A stretch of DNA of 64,000 nucleotides from positions 768,001 through 832,000 of the forward strand of contig CBDBLV010000005.1 in assembly GCA_965207225.1 (NCBI GenBank), given 5' to 3'. This document shows, piece after piece, positions 1 to 10,093 of the stretch (the first letter of the stretch is position 1; each line of letters starts with the position of its first letter). A model generated the notes under the pieces. The model was not told where the DNA came from and searched no databases. It was given only the letters and a program-made list of their open reading frames with translations. Source of the stretch: Dehalococcoidia bacterium (GTDB lineage Bacteria; Chloroflexota; Dehalococcoidia; Plut-88900). The position numbers and the translations under genes were made by a program.

Positions 1-334
1 CCACCACCACCCCCGACCCCAGCCTCACCCCATCCAGCACAACCGCATTCATTGCCACCAGCACTCCCTCCCCCAGCACCGCCCCGTGCACCACCGCTCC
101 ATGCCCCATCCGGCAGCGAGGCCCCAGTACAGTCTCGCCATGAATAACGCAATTGTCCTGCACGTCCGACCCTTCCTCTATCCGTATGCAGTGATCGTCC
201 CCCCGGATCGTCGCGTTTGGCCCGATCCAGCAGTTCCCCCCAATGGTCACGTCCCCGATTATCACCGCTGTGGGATGTATATAAGAGGAGGACGCTATCT
301 TCGGCCGTTTTCCTTCGAGTTCATAAATAGGCAT
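1..334 (-). CDS. gamma-carbonic anhydrase/hexapeptide-repeat family protein (3' end outside window)
   Basis: Manual translation from ATG at 334: MPIYELEGKRPKIASSSYIHPTAVIIGDVTIG...IRGD...VQDNCVIH...GHGAVVHG; paralog of 34125-34628. Confidence 0.85.
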   Translation of the reverse strand, partial: MPIYELEGKRPKIASSSYIHPTAVIIGDVTIGGNCWIGPNATIRGDDHCIRIEEGSDVQDNCVIHGETVLGPRCRMGHGAVVHGAVLGEGVLVAMNAVVLDGVRLGSGVVV

Positions 335-444
335 TCGAATATCCTGTGTTCTCGAGTTGCGCTCGGGGCATTGTATAACAGGGCCCCGACCTTCGTGAGA
401 TGTATAATGAAAACTGGAACTCTACTGGAGGGCGGGGCATAACC

Positions 445-1683
445 ATGAAGTGGGCATCAGCAATTTCCGAAAACGAATCCCTCAAAAACGCCATCCGGGA
501 GGCGACCCAGAAGGTTAAGGAAGACCTTGGAGACCAGGCCCCCGACCTCCTCCTCGCCTTCGTCTCCAACGTACACCAGAGCCAGTATGGCAGAGTCCCC
601 TCCTACATCGCCGACACCCTACCCATCGACAACCTCCTCGGCTGCTCCGGCGGAGGCGTCATCGGAGATGGCAAGGAGGTTGAGAACCGACCCGCCGTGT
701 CAATAACCGCCGCCATCCTCCCAGACGTTCACCTGAACCTGTTTCACCTTGAAGACGGAGACCTCCCCACCCCCGACGATGGCCCCTCAGCTTGGGAGGA
801 AATCGTCGGCGTCAAGGCCGAAGACACACCCCACTTCGTCATCCTCCCAGACCCCTTCACCATCCACGCCGACAGCCTCGTAGAAGGCCTGGACTTCGCC
901 TTTAACCAAGGAGTGAAGATTGGCGGACTCGCCAGTGGCGGCATGCGCGCCGGCGCCAACGCTCTCTTCCTCGGCCCCGAAGTGCATCGGTCTGGCGCCG
1001 TGGGCATGGCCATGCACGGCAACCTAAAAGTCGACACCATAGTCGCTCAAGGGTGCAGGCCCATCGGAGAGTCCGGAGTGATAACCAGGTGCAATGGCAA
1101 CCTGCTCATGGAGCTGGATGGCCAGAGCCCCCTGGAATTCCTGCGCGGTGTCTTCGACCAATCGGATGACCACGACCGCCGGCTTATCAACTCGGCCCTT
1201 CACCTGGGTGTCGTCATGGACCCCCTCAAGGACCAGTTCAGGCCCGGCGATTTCCTCATCCGAAACGTCATGGGCCTCCACCAGGAGACCGGGGCCCTCG
1301 TCGTCGGCGAAATGCTCAGCGAGGGACAGGTCGTCCAGTTCCACGTCCGGGACGCCGAGACCGCCCGCCACGACCTCGAAGCCGTCATGGACCGCTATGT
1401 CGAGGACAATGAGTCCCCATCAACATCCGGCGCCCTTCTATTCTCGTGCCTGGGCCGGGGCGAACACCTCTTCGGCCGCCCCAACCACGACAGCGACATC
1501 TTCCTCGACCGCATCTCCCGGGCCCCCCTCTCCGGCTTCTTCTGCAACGGCGAGATAGGCCAGGTCGGCGGCTCCACCTTCCTCCATGGATTCACCAGCA
1601 CCTTCGCCATGTTCAGCCCCACCGCCCCCACCCCCGTAAGCGAAACCACCTCTGACACCGGCATATCGGAAAGGTCCTGCTAA
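445..1683 (+). CDS. FIST N/C-domain protein
   Basis: GCSGGGVIG, GGLASG, VAQGCRPIG, FSCLGRG, GFFCNGEIG motifs; start MKWAS chosen within ORF 400..1683. Confidence 0.9.
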   Translation: MKWASAISENESLKNAIREATQKVKEDLGDQAPDLLLAFVSNVHQSQYGRVPSYIADTLPIDNLLGCSGGGVIGDGKEVENRPAVSITAAILPDVHLNLFHLEDGDLPTPDDGPSAWEEIVGVKAEDTPHFVILPDPFTIHADSLVEGLDFAFNQGVKIGGLASGGMRAGANALFLGPEVHRSGAVGMAMHGNLKVDTIVAQGCRPIGESGVITRCNGNLLMELDGQSPLEFLRGVFDQSDDHDRRLINSALHLGVVMDPLKDQFRPGDFLIRNVMGLHQETGALVVGEMLSEGQVVQFHVRDAETARHDLEAVMDRYVEDNESPSTSGALLFSCLGRGEHLFGRPNHDSDIFLDRISRAPLSGFFCNGEIGQVGGSTFLHGFTSTFAMFSPTAPTPVSETTSDTGISERSC

Positions 1684-1696
1684 AGGAGGCGCCGTC

Positions 1697-2326
1697 ATGT
1701 CTCAAAGCCAGCCATCAGCCCCGATAGTCCTGAACGTCCAACGCCCCGAAAACCTCTCCCGCCTTCATCTCCTGCTCAAGACCTTCTTCGGCTTCATATA
1801 CGTTGGCATACCCCACGGCATCATCCTCTACCTCCTGGGTATCGCGGCGTGGGCCCTCTCCCTCGTTGCCTTCGTCGCAATCCTGATTACCGGCCGGTAC
1901 CCGAGAGTCCTCTTCGACCTCGTCGTTGCCGACAGCCGTTGGACCTTGAGGGTCGCCGCCTACGCCGGCCCCCTGCTTGGCAACTTCATGGTCGACAAGT
2001 ATCCCGCCTTCTCCCTTGAAGAGACCCCCGAGGACCAGGCCTTCCTCCGAGTCGAATACCCCGAAAGACTCTCCAGGCTCCACGCCGTGCTCAAGCTCCT
2101 TCTCGGCTGGCTCTACGTCGCCATACCCCACGGTATCATCCTTACCATCTACGGCATCATCCTGCTGATCGTCCAGTTCTTCACCTGGTTCATCATCCTG
2201 TTCACAGGCCGGTACCCGGCGCCCGTGTTCACCCTCGCCGAGGGCTATCTGCGCTGGGCCGCCCGCGTCAACTTCTACCTCTCCTTCGTCCGGGACGAAT
2301 ACCCCAAGTTCAGCCCCTCCCCCTAA
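1697..2326 (+). CDS. DUF4389-like membrane protein with two internal repeats
   Basis: Twice-repeated LSRLH...IPH...ILxTGRYP...RW..RV..Y...D.YP.F; AAGGAGG RBS. Confidence 0.85.
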   Translation: MSQSQPSAPIVLNVQRPENLSRLHLLLKTFFGFIYVGIPHGIILYLLGIAAWALSLVAFVAILITGRYPRVLFDLVVADSRWTLRVAAYAGPLLGNFMVDKYPAFSLEETPEDQAFLRVEYPERLSRLHAVLKLLLGWLYVAIPHGIILTIYGIILLIVQFFTWFIILFTGRYPAPVFTLAEGYLRWAARVNFYLSFVRDEYPKFSPSP

Positions 2327-2349
2327 CCCCCCCGACCTGAACAAACAAG

Positions 2350-2380
2350 AAAGCGTCGGCTCACCGAGCCGACGCTTTTT
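2350..2380. terminator. probable bidirectional intrinsic terminator
   Basis: AAAGCGTCGGCTC-ACC-GAGCCGACGCTTTTT between convergent genes. Confidence 0.8.
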
Positions 2381-2398
2381 CCATACTCAAGCGGAGCG

Positions 2399-3613
2399 CT
2401 AGATCACAACCCCCGCCTCCTTCAATCCGACAATCTCCTCCCACGAGTACCCGAGACCCAGCAGCACATCTTCCGTTGACCCTCCAAACTCCGGCGCCCC
2501 CGCTCTAGATGCGAAGCTCTCGTTCTCCACCTTGTAGGGCGACGCTAGCTCCCTCATCAGTCCGTGTTCAGGATGCTCCACTTCAACTATCGACCCCGTG
2601 GCCTCCAGTTGAGGATTGACCGCAACTTCATCCACACTCGATACCGGCTCCCAGGGCAAGGTCGCTTCATCTAGGCGCTTGGCCCAGTAGTCCCGGGCTT
2701 GTGTTCGGAAATGCGCTTCCAAAATGGCTGTCAGTTGGTCAGTATGCACCGCCCTTTCTTCAAGCGAACCGTACTTCGATTCCTTTGCCAGGTCGGGCCT
2801 GTTGATGGCAGCGCAGAAAGGAAGCCAGGCGCGGTCGCTCTGGAGCAAACAAAGTTGCATCCATTTGCCGTCCCCGCACTGGTAGTACTTCACCAGCGGA
2901 TTGATGTTTATGTATTCGGCAAGCGATTTCAGAGGCCTGCCCGAAATAAGCATCGACCAGATCGACTCCGCACTCCCCCAGATGCCCGCGTTGTATAGGG
3001 AGGTGTCAACAACGCTCCCCTTTCCCGTACGCTCTCTCGCATAAAGCGCCATCATTATCCCGCCGAAGAGGAAGGTGCCCGTACTGACGTCGCCCAGCGA
3101 ACAGGCCAGGTCAACCGGCGGCCCGTCCGCTGGACTGAATATCGACATAAGTCCTGAACGCGCCCAATAGCTCAGCATATCGTAGCCGGGCCGGTCTCTG
3201 TCTGGCCCCTCCACCCCATAGCCGGTAAGCCTTCCGTATACAAGCCTTGGGTTGATCGCACTCACGCTCTCGAAATCGATTCCCAGCGAAAGGGCGGTAC
3301 CGGAACGCAGGTTGGTCACCAGTATGTCCGACTCCTTCACCAGCCTTCTGAAAATCTCCTTCCCACGATCGGCCCCTAGGTCCACCGCAAGGCTGCGCTT
3401 GCCCCGATTTATGTGCTCGAACACGTAGTTGATCGAGTCGGGCGGCGGGTCGGCCTCCGGAATCCATCCCCTCGTAGGGTCCCCGCCCGTCTGTAGATGC
3501 TCCACCTTGATTACCTCTGCCCCGTAGTCACCCAGCATCACCCCGCACGTCGGCCCCGACACCCAGTTCGCGACTTCTATAACCTTCAACCCCTCAAGAG
3601 GCTTCCGACTCAA
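2399..3613 (-). CDS. CoA-transferase family III (CaiB/BaiF)
   Basis: PLEGLKVIE, GAEVIKVE, NRGKRSLAVDL, RPGYD motifs. Confidence 0.92.
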   Translation of the reverse strand: MSRKPLEGLKVIEVANWVSGPTCGVMLGDYGAEVIKVEHLQTGGDPTRGWIPEADPPPDSINYVFEHINRGKRSLAVDLGADRGKEIFRRLVKESDILVTNLRSGTALSLGIDFESVSAINPRLVYGRLTGYGVEGPDRDRPGYDMLSYWARSGLMSIFSPADGPPVDLACSLGDVSTGTFLFGGIMMALYARERTGKGSVVDTSLYNAGIWGSAESIWSMLISGRPLKSLAEYININPLVKYYQCGDGKWMQLCLLQSDRAWLPFCAAINRPDLAKESKYGSLEERAVHTDQLTAILEAHFRTQARDYWAKRLDEATLPWEPVSSVDEVAVNPQLEATGSIVEVEHPEHGLMRELASPYKVENESFASRAGAPEFGGSTEDVLLGLGYSWEEIVGLKEAGVVI

Positions 3614-3683
3614 GTCTCAACACTCCTAACCAACATCGGATATGTAATATTCCTGGGACGGGAAGGGTGGAGGGTGTCCGGTA

Positions 3684-3718
3684 CCCTCTCCCTCGATGGG
3701 AGAGGGCTAGGGTGAGGG
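3684..3718. repeat. CCCTCTCCC/GGGAGAGGG-GGGTGAGGG palindromic dispersed repeat
   Basis: CCCTCTCCC-TCGAT-GGGAGAGGG-CTAGGGTGAGGG; related copies at ~38461 and ~58141. Confidence 0.7.
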
Positions 3719-3812
3719 TGAAACGCATGCAAGCTTCGCACTCCCCTACAATCCTACCCACCCAATCTGCCGCCCTCTTTCATCTCACCCCCCAGGGTGG
3801 CTGTCCCCAACC

Positions 3813-5159
3813 CTACAACATCCCCTTCTTCCGAACATCTTTGAACGACTCCTTCATCGCATCCACTATCTGGTCTACATCCTCGTCCGTGTGTGCCGTG
3901 GATATGAAGCCCAGGTGGATCCCCGGTACTATCACCCCCCTGTCCAGCAGGTGCAGGTAGAACTCGATCTCAGCGTCATGCAGAGAAGAGTCCACGTCCC
4001 GAGAGCTGTTAATCACCCCTCTCTGGAAGCGCAGATAGAACAAGGACTGCGCGCTCATCATCTGCGCCGGAAGTTCCTCCGCAACGCAGAACGCATTGAT
4101 CTCATCCGACAACCGAGTGCCCCGCTCCATGAGTTCGGAATACAACTCCGGGTGCTCCTTCAGATGGCTTACCGCCGCGTGCCCTGCAATCATGCTGATC
4201 GGGTTTCCGCTGAACGTCCCTCCCGAGAATATCCGCCGGGGCCCCGTTGGCCCCCCCTCGCTCGACTCCCGAGACGGTGTGAACACCTGCATGATCTCGT
4301 CCGAACCCGCCAGCGCCCCTATCGGCGTCCCGCCCCCGATGATCTTCCCGTAGGCCGCTAGGTCCGGCGTCACGTCGAAGTATTCCTGCGCCCCTCCGTA
4401 CCCCAGCCTGAACCCCGTGATCACCTCGTCGATCAGGAACAGAACGTCGCATTCCTTGCAGACCTGCTTCAGCTTCCTCAGGAAGTCTCCGTGGTTTAGC
4501 CTTGGGTTGGAGCTCTGCACCCCCTCAATCATCACCACCGCCAGCTCGTCCTTGCGCTCCCGGATAATCTCGAATGCTTCTTCCTCACGATATGGGAGCA
4601 AGATCACGTTCTCCGTGATCTCAAGAGGGATCCCCCCACCCAGCCCCCGGGCCACCGGCCGAGTCCGTGAGCTTCCCCTCCGCGCCCCGGCCAGCACCTG
4701 GTCGTGCGCCCCGTGATACCCCCCGTCGAACATCCCGATCTTGGTCTTCCCCGTGTACGACCTTGCCACCCTCACCCCGTACATCGTGGCCTCGGTCCCG
4801 GAGTTCATGAACACCACCTTGTCGGCGCACGGCGCTGCCTCCACCATCAGCGAGGCCAACGGTTCCTGGTACGGATTGTGCAGCCCGAAATGTAGTCCCC
4901 GACCCACCGCTTCCGAAACCGCATCCACTACAACCTCCGGCGCATGGCCCAGGATGTGCGGTCCGAACCCCATCGTCATGTCAAGGTACTCGTTCCCATC
5001 CACGTCCCACATCCTCGACCCCTTCGCCTTCTCGATGTACAGCGGGTACGGCATGTCCACCGTCCCCACCACCTCCTGCGCCACCACCTCCCGCGTCCGC
5101 TGGAACACCTCCTGTGACTTCCCTGTCCTGCTCTCCAACCTCTCAAGCACGCTCGCCAT
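3813..5159 (-). CDS. class III PLP aminotransferase (glutamate-1-semialdehyde aminomutase-like)
   Basis: WDVDGNEYLD, NSGTEA, YHG, DEVITGFR, YGKIIGGG, GTFSGNP. Confidence 0.9.
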   Translation of the reverse strand: MASVLERLESRTGKSQEVFQRTREVVAQEVVGTVDMPYPLYIEKAKGSRMWDVDGNEYLDMTMGFGPHILGHAPEVVVDAVSEAVGRGLHFGLHNPYQEPLASLMVEAAPCADKVVFMNSGTEATMYGVRVARSYTGKTKIGMFDGGYHGAHDQVLAGARRGSSRTRPVARGLGGGIPLEITENVILLPYREEEAFEIIRERKDELAVVMIEGVQSSNPRLNHGDFLRKLKQVCKECDVLFLIDEVITGFRLGYGGAQEYFDVTPDLAAYGKIIGGGTPIGALAGSDEIMQVFTPSRESSEGGPTGPRRIFSGGTFSGNPISMIAGHAAVSHLKEHPELYSELMERGTRLSDEINAFCVAEELPAQMMSAQSLFYLRFQRGVINSSRDVDSSLHDAEIEFYLHLLDRGVIVPGIHLGFISTAHTDEDVDQIVDAMKESFKDVRKKGML

Positions 5160-5266
5160 TGAATTCCTCCAGACTAACTGCCCTGCCTAACCTTGCCCCG
5201 ACATCGATTGCCCAATGGTATGGCGAGGCTCCAGCATCGTCAACGAGCAAAGCCCAAAGTAAGCCC

Positions 5267-8137
5267 TTAAGTCGAATAATCTTCATACGAAAACCGCTGC
5301 CAAAAATCCTCATCGCTAGCATCGTCTGGGTCAACCTGGATCGGCCTTTTGTAGCTGCATGAAGGATCAGCCCTATATTCAGTGCATCCCAGGAAAGGTC
5401 CATAGCGCCCCGGTATCTCAACCAAGACTCCCACACCACATCTGGGACATTTTTCAGCAAATTCCCCGATCCTCTTGATTTTGGAGTATGTCTGAAGCTC
5501 CTTAACAAAATCCGATGGATGTGTTGCGTCTGCCACTAAGTATGCGCCTATCCGTGCACGTGTCATCGCTACATAGAACAAGCGCCGCTCCTCAGCAAAT
5601 GGGTATGACTTCCCGGAAGCCGGAGGTAGCACGATATCTAACAGTGGGTCATCCTCGATCTTACAAGGGAAACCCCACCGGTCATCATCCTTTAGGTCAA
5701 GTACAACTACATAGTCGGCTTCACGGCCTTTGGCGCTGTGCACGGTTCTGGACTCTATCCGCAATGACTTGAAGGCCCTGCGGTCTTTAAGAAGCAAATT
5801 CCCGGTGCTCTTGTAGCGACCCAATACTAGGACGGATTGCTCCTTGCCTTTTGCTTTTGCTTCTATGTCTTGTAATGCCCCCCTAAAGCCTTCATCTGGA
5901 GTGTTGGTGGCAACAATGGTGATTCCCTTGTCTTCTGCATTGCTCTCGGATCGCAGGTCCCTCTGTGTCTGGTCAGTGTTCCGATGTATAAACTTAGTCG
6001 ATGGGTCAAGAATCCCATCTTTGAATCTGAAGGTTCTGGTCAGCGTTTGTTCTTGAACGTAACCCAGGTAGTCGCCACATTTGCCAATCAATCCAACATC
6101 ACTCCCCGCGAAGCGATAAATCGACTGCCAATCATCTCCTACGAGAAGGAAAGCGACATTTCGGCGGTTAAGGCTTTGAAGTAGCCTCATGCGCCCCTTG
6201 GATATGTCCTGAAACTCATCCACCAGCACGTATCGGTATGGCGGCTCCCATCCACCTTGTTGCACATGATTGGCAGCTAGGTTGATCTGATCATGAAAGT
6301 CTATCTCTTTAGCGTTTCTAAGCAGTTGTTCATAACGAATCTGTACTTGACAGAAGACGTCCAGGAAAGCCATAGCTCGTCTGCTGTCTTTCAGATAGTT
6401 GGCACGTGATCTCAACTCGCCTATGTTTAGGCTACTGGTCTTTACGTGGTTCAGGAAATTAGCCAAAAGCCCTGACAGCCATGAAATGCGTTCTTCACCC
6501 AGTTTCCCAATGATCGCTTCGACAGGTATGGGATTGAATTCAACGCCCAATTCTTCAAGCTTCTCGTGTAGCGTTCCAAGTAAAACGTCCTGCTGGTGTT
6601 GCCAACTGTAAGTCTCCAAAAGCATAGTCCCATATTTTTTATGGACTGTTCTTTTCCATTCCACCCCCTGCTTATAATCGTGCCAGTCAGTCGGAGGATT
6701 GCCTTTTTCGTCCAGAGCGAAATGCTCAATATAGATGTCATAGTTCGGAAGGAAGAAGTCGGGTTGATATTGGCGGCGCAACATGGTTGTCGTTGGAACC
6801 TTATGGGGACAATCGTGGCAGAACCTAACGCGACTCCTACCCGAACGCTTACTGTGGGAGCACGCCGGCCCTTCAAAGGTGCTCTCATAACGGAACTCAA
6901 TGCCATTCAACGTTAGGAAATTCGCTATCACAAGTTCTTCCAAGCTCTTGACCAAGTCGCCGCTCAGAGTCCGTAGCTCCATACCACCCACATATCCTTC
7001 ATATTCGGCGATCGTCTTAAAGTCGAAGGGCGAGCGCCATCGGTTCTGACGGGAAAGAATAAAATTGATGCAGGTCTGTGATTGTCGCGGGTCTCGCAGG
7101 AGCTCTCTGATAATGCCATCAATGGCTGATTTGAGCTTATATTCGTCTGCCGCAAGCTTGGAAACAGGACGTTTCTTACCTTCACATTTCCCAATTATGT
7201 CGTAGCCGAAAGCGTGAAAGTTAAATACATTAGCTTTTGAGAGATCAGTCGGAAGCCGTTCTCGTATCTCTTCGGCTGCCTTGACGTTGAATGCCAAGAC
7301 CAGTATCTCTGACGGATCTACAGTTTGGTTGCGGACCAGATGTGCAATCTTGCCAACTATCACCTTAGTCTTTCCCGTACCCGCTCCCGCAAGGACTAAT
7401 GTCACGTCTTCATCGGTGGCTATGGCCTTAGCTTGCTCATTCGTTAGATTTTTGCCCGCCGCATCTTTAACTGCTACAACGTTGCGTCTGATGTAATGTT
7501 CGTTAAGGTCTTTCCGATATTTTTCGAACACTTCAATAGGGAAGAGTTGTGCAAGCTTACCTATGCGCTCATGTGTCCTGTCATCTACGAGTTTTCTGAC
7601 GAGTTGTCCGCAATGCTGAAACGCAGTCACAAAATCCACAATTTGAGCGTGGACATCCAAAGAGTTGGAATGTCTCATGTAGCGTTTGGCGGAGAGCTGG
7701 TTGACGAGATATTGCAGACGCTTTCCCCAAGATTCCGCGATCTTGGCGGATCCCTCGAGTATGGCGTCACGGACATCTGCAGCTTCCCGTTCCGCAAGCC
7801 CTCCAATCGAGCGTTCACCCCTGTCAACCAAGCTAACCGTCAACTCTCTCCAAAAACATGAGCGTTGGAGAGTGACTTCATTTATAGAGGTAACGGGTAT
7901 TTCTCGTGCAGTGACCCCAAATTGCCCCTCAATGCGAACCGTGTCACCTGTCAACGAAATACGCCGAGGCCCTAGCCGCAAAAGACGGTATAACCATGCA
8001 CTTTCTGCGAAGATGTAATTGTGGAATTGCATGGACGTTCGGGTTTGGCCCACCTCTTTGGCAAGATTTAACCAAGAGGATATGCGGACTGTGAATGCGC
8101 CTTTGGGGTGACCTAATTGAACGTATTGGGGATGCAT
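5267..8137 (-). CDS. UvrD-family helicase (DNA helicase IV-like) with C-terminal topoisomerase-type Zn ribbon; start may be 8032
   Basis: Walker A AGAGTGKT, VDEFQD, VGDDWQSIYRF, TVHSAKGRE, EERRLFYVAMTRA, CPRC...FLGC..Y..C; lower GC than flanks. Confidence 0.9.
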   Translation of the reverse strand: MHPQYVQLGHPKGAFTVRISSWLNLAKEVGQTRTSMQFHNYIFAESAWLYRLLRLGPRRISLTGDTVRIEGQFGVTAREIPVTSINEVTLQRSCFWRELTVSLVDRGERSIGGLAEREAADVRDAILEGSAKIAESWGKRLQYLVNQLSAKRYMRHSNSLDVHAQIVDFVTAFQHCGQLVRKLVDDRTHERIGKLAQLFPIEVFEKYRKDLNEHYIRRNVVAVKDAAGKNLTNEQAKAIATDEDVTLVLAGAGTGKTKVIVGKIAHLVRNQTVDPSEILVLAFNVKAAEEIRERLPTDLSKANVFNFHAFGYDIIGKCEGKKRPVSKLAADEYKLKSAIDGIIRELLRDPRQSQTCINFILSRQNRWRSPFDFKTIAEYEGYVGGMELRTLSGDLVKSLEELVIANFLTLNGIEFRYESTFEGPACSHSKRSGRSRVRFCHDCPHKVPTTTMLRRQYQPDFFLPNYDIYIEHFALDEKGNPPTDWHDYKQGVEWKRTVHKKYGTMLLETYSWQHQQDVLLGTLHEKLEELGVEFNPIPVEAIIGKLGEERISWLSGLLANFLNHVKTSSLNIGELRSRANYLKDSRRAMAFLDVFCQVQIRYEQLLRNAKEIDFHDQINLAANHVQQGGWEPPYRYVLVDEFQDISKGRMRLLQSLNRRNVAFLLVGDDWQSIYRFAGSDVGLIGKCGDYLGYVQEQTLTRTFRFKDGILDPSTKFIHRNTDQTQRDLRSESNAEDKGITIVATNTPDEGFRGALQDIEAKAKGKEQSVLVLGRYKSTGNLLLKDRRAFKSLRIESRTVHSAKGREADYVVVLDLKDDDRWGFPCKIEDDPLLDIVLPPASGKSYPFAEERRLFYVAMTRARIGAYLVADATHPSDFVKELQTYSKIKRIGEFAEKCPRCGVGVLVEIPGRYGPFLGCTEYRADPSCSYKRPIQVDPDDASDEDFWQRFSYEDYST

Positions 8138-8252
8138 CTGGCCCGACCTCCCTACCCCACCACCCTTGTATCCTAGCCAGATTGCATAGAGATGTTACCC
8201 TGAAACCGCTAGATTGGTGGTTTCAGAGCCTTCTTAGGGAGGTCGACTAGCC

Positions 8253-9311
8253 ATGTTCACCATAGTCTTGTCCTGGCCCGTCAACGATCAGGAACTCGAA
8301 AAGCTTTACTGCTACGTCTCCGACACCTGCCGGATCATTGCGCCCAGGTCCTACGACCTGGAAGACCTCCTCGCCGTCGCCCCCGACGCCGATGCCATCG
8401 TCGGCGGCTTCATCCCCGAGAAGATGATCGACAATGCTCCCAATGTCAGGCTGGTCCAGACCCTCCACTCCGGTGTAACCCACCGCTCCCTTGTCGGTGC
8501 CGACCTCGGATTCTCCTTCAACATCCTCCGCGCTAGGAACATCCAGCTGTCCAACGTGGCAGGGGCCAACGCCGTCGCCGTGGCTGAGCTGGCCTTTGCC
8601 CTGACCATAACCCTTGCCAAGCGCATCCTTCCAGCCCACCGGGCCATCGCCCAGGGCGACTGGTACCCCTACACCCGGGACACTATGGGCTGCGAACTGG
8701 CCGGCAAGACCATGGGAATCGTCGGCCTGGGCGCCATAGGCGTTGAGCTCGCCCGACGCGCCAAAGCCTTCGGCATGAAAGTCCTCGCCACCAAGCGCAC
8801 CCCCTCCCCCGACCTCGCCCAAGACCTGGCTCTCGATTTCCTCGGCGGATCCCAAGACCTCCCCCAACTCCTCCGGGGGTCCGACTTCGTAGAAATCTGC
8901 GTACCCTGGATGCCCACCACCGATAAGCTCATCGACGAGCCCGCCCTGAAGCTAATGAAGCCGACCGGCTACCTCGTAAACATTGCCCGCGCCCGCATCA
9001 TCGACGAAGTGGCCCTGCACAAAGCCTTGACCGAGAACTGGATCGCAGGCTTCGGAACCGACGTCTGGTGGGACTACGACATGATGCCCGAGCCTGGCGA
9101 CGCCGTACCCTTCATCCACTGGGGTGTGGCCAACCCCATCGTTTCCCGCATGGGCATCCACAAGCTGGACAACGTCGTCATGACCGGCGACCGCGCAGCC
9201 TTCAACCCCGAGACCCTGGAAAACTTTCTGAAAGTCGGCCTCCAAAACGTCGATGCCTTTGCCCGAGGCCTCACCCCTCCCAACCTCGTAGATCTCTCCA
9301 CCCAGGCCTGA
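8253..9311 (+). CDS. D-isomer-specific 2-hydroxyacid dehydrogenase family protein
   Basis: GIVGLGAIG Rossmann motif, NAVAVAE, LVNIAR; GGAGG RBS. Confidence 0.88.
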   Translation: MFTIVLSWPVNDQELEKLYCYVSDTCRIIAPRSYDLEDLLAVAPDADAIVGGFIPEKMIDNAPNVRLVQTLHSGVTHRSLVGADLGFSFNILRARNIQLSNVAGANAVAVAELAFALTITLAKRILPAHRAIAQGDWYPYTRDTMGCELAGKTMGIVGLGAIGVELARRAKAFGMKVLATKRTPSPDLAQDLALDFLGGSQDLPQLLRGSDFVEICVPWMPTTDKLIDEPALKLMKPTGYLVNIARARIIDEVALHKALTENWIAGFGTDVWWDYDMMPEPGDAVPFIHWGVANPIVSRMGIHKLDNVVMTGDRAAFNPETLENFLKVGLQNVDAFARGLTPPNLVDLSTQA

Positions 9312-9352
9312 CCCCGAATCGGCATTCATCTCCAAGAGGGGAATTCCGTTCG

Positions 9353-9372
9353 CCCTGAGCGGAGTCGAAGGG
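9353..9372. repeat. CTGAG..TCGAAG-type REP-like repeat
   Basis: CCCTGAGCGGAGTCGAAGGG; related copies at 36724-36742 and two in tandem at 57894-57934. Confidence 0.65.
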
Positions 9373-9494
9373 TCTCAAGAACGGAATTGGGGCGGGGGGT
9401 TCTATCCCCTCGGACAGGTCATCAGAACGGAGTTGAAACACCAGCCGACTCCTGGCGTAGGCTGCTCGCTAATAGACACTAACCATCGTCGTCG

Positions 9495-9830
9495 TTATTG
9501 TATGGCCGCCTCTTTCGACAGCGTGTCCTTTATCCAGGTATTGATGCTCACGCCACTTTGAGCGGCGGAAACGGCCACGCGTCGGTGAAGGTCCGCACCT
9601 AACCGCAGGTTCAGCTTGCCGGAAAATGGCCGATTGGGCTCGACCCCGTCTTCCTTGCACCAGGCCAGGTAATCATCTATGGATATTCGAAATTCGCGCT
9701 GAAGCTCTTCAACGCTGGACGCCTCGAAGGTAACTATAGGGTAAGGAGCAGCATTGATAACCTCTCCATGAAGCAGCCCCACCGAATCGTCATATTCGAC
9801 CGTAGCCAGGTACCCTTTGTACTCCATCAT
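9495..9830 (-). CDS. hicB: HicB family antitoxin
   Basis: MEYKGYLATVEYD...TFEA.SVEEL..EF..SIDDYL..C...PFSGKLNLR. Confidence 0.92.
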   Translation of the reverse strand: MMEYKGYLATVEYDDSVGLLHGEVINAAPYPIVTFEASSVEELQREFRISIDDYLAWCKEDGVEPNRPFSGKLNLRLGADLHRRVAVSAAQSGVSINTWIKDTLSKEAAIQ

Positions 9831-10081
9831 GGCGTGACTCCTATATCCTCGAGGAATCGTGCGATAGTTCTAACGGTAGCCCTGCCGGTTTCCGGGCCCG
9901 GGTGCGGCCTGTGAATAACAATCCGTTTCTCGTCTTTCCTCAACCCCACCCGTGAACCCGTCCTCTCCAGGACTTCCACTTCCACCGCCCGTAGCAAGCT
10001 CTCTATATCTGCCCATCTAATATCCGATGGCACGGGCTTCGCGAAGATGCGTTGCAGGGTTCGGCGATGCCTCGTCCTCAC
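9827..10081 (-). CDS. hicA: HicA family toxin
   Basis: IF..PVPSDIRW.DIESLL...GSRV...HRPHP; ATGA overlap with hicB. Confidence 0.9.
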   Translation of the reverse strand: MRTRHRRTLQRIFAKPVPSDIRWADIESLLRAVEVEVLERTGSRVGLRKDEKRIVIHRPHPGPETGRATVRTIARFLEDIGVTP

Positions 10082-10093
10082 AGGACGATGGTA

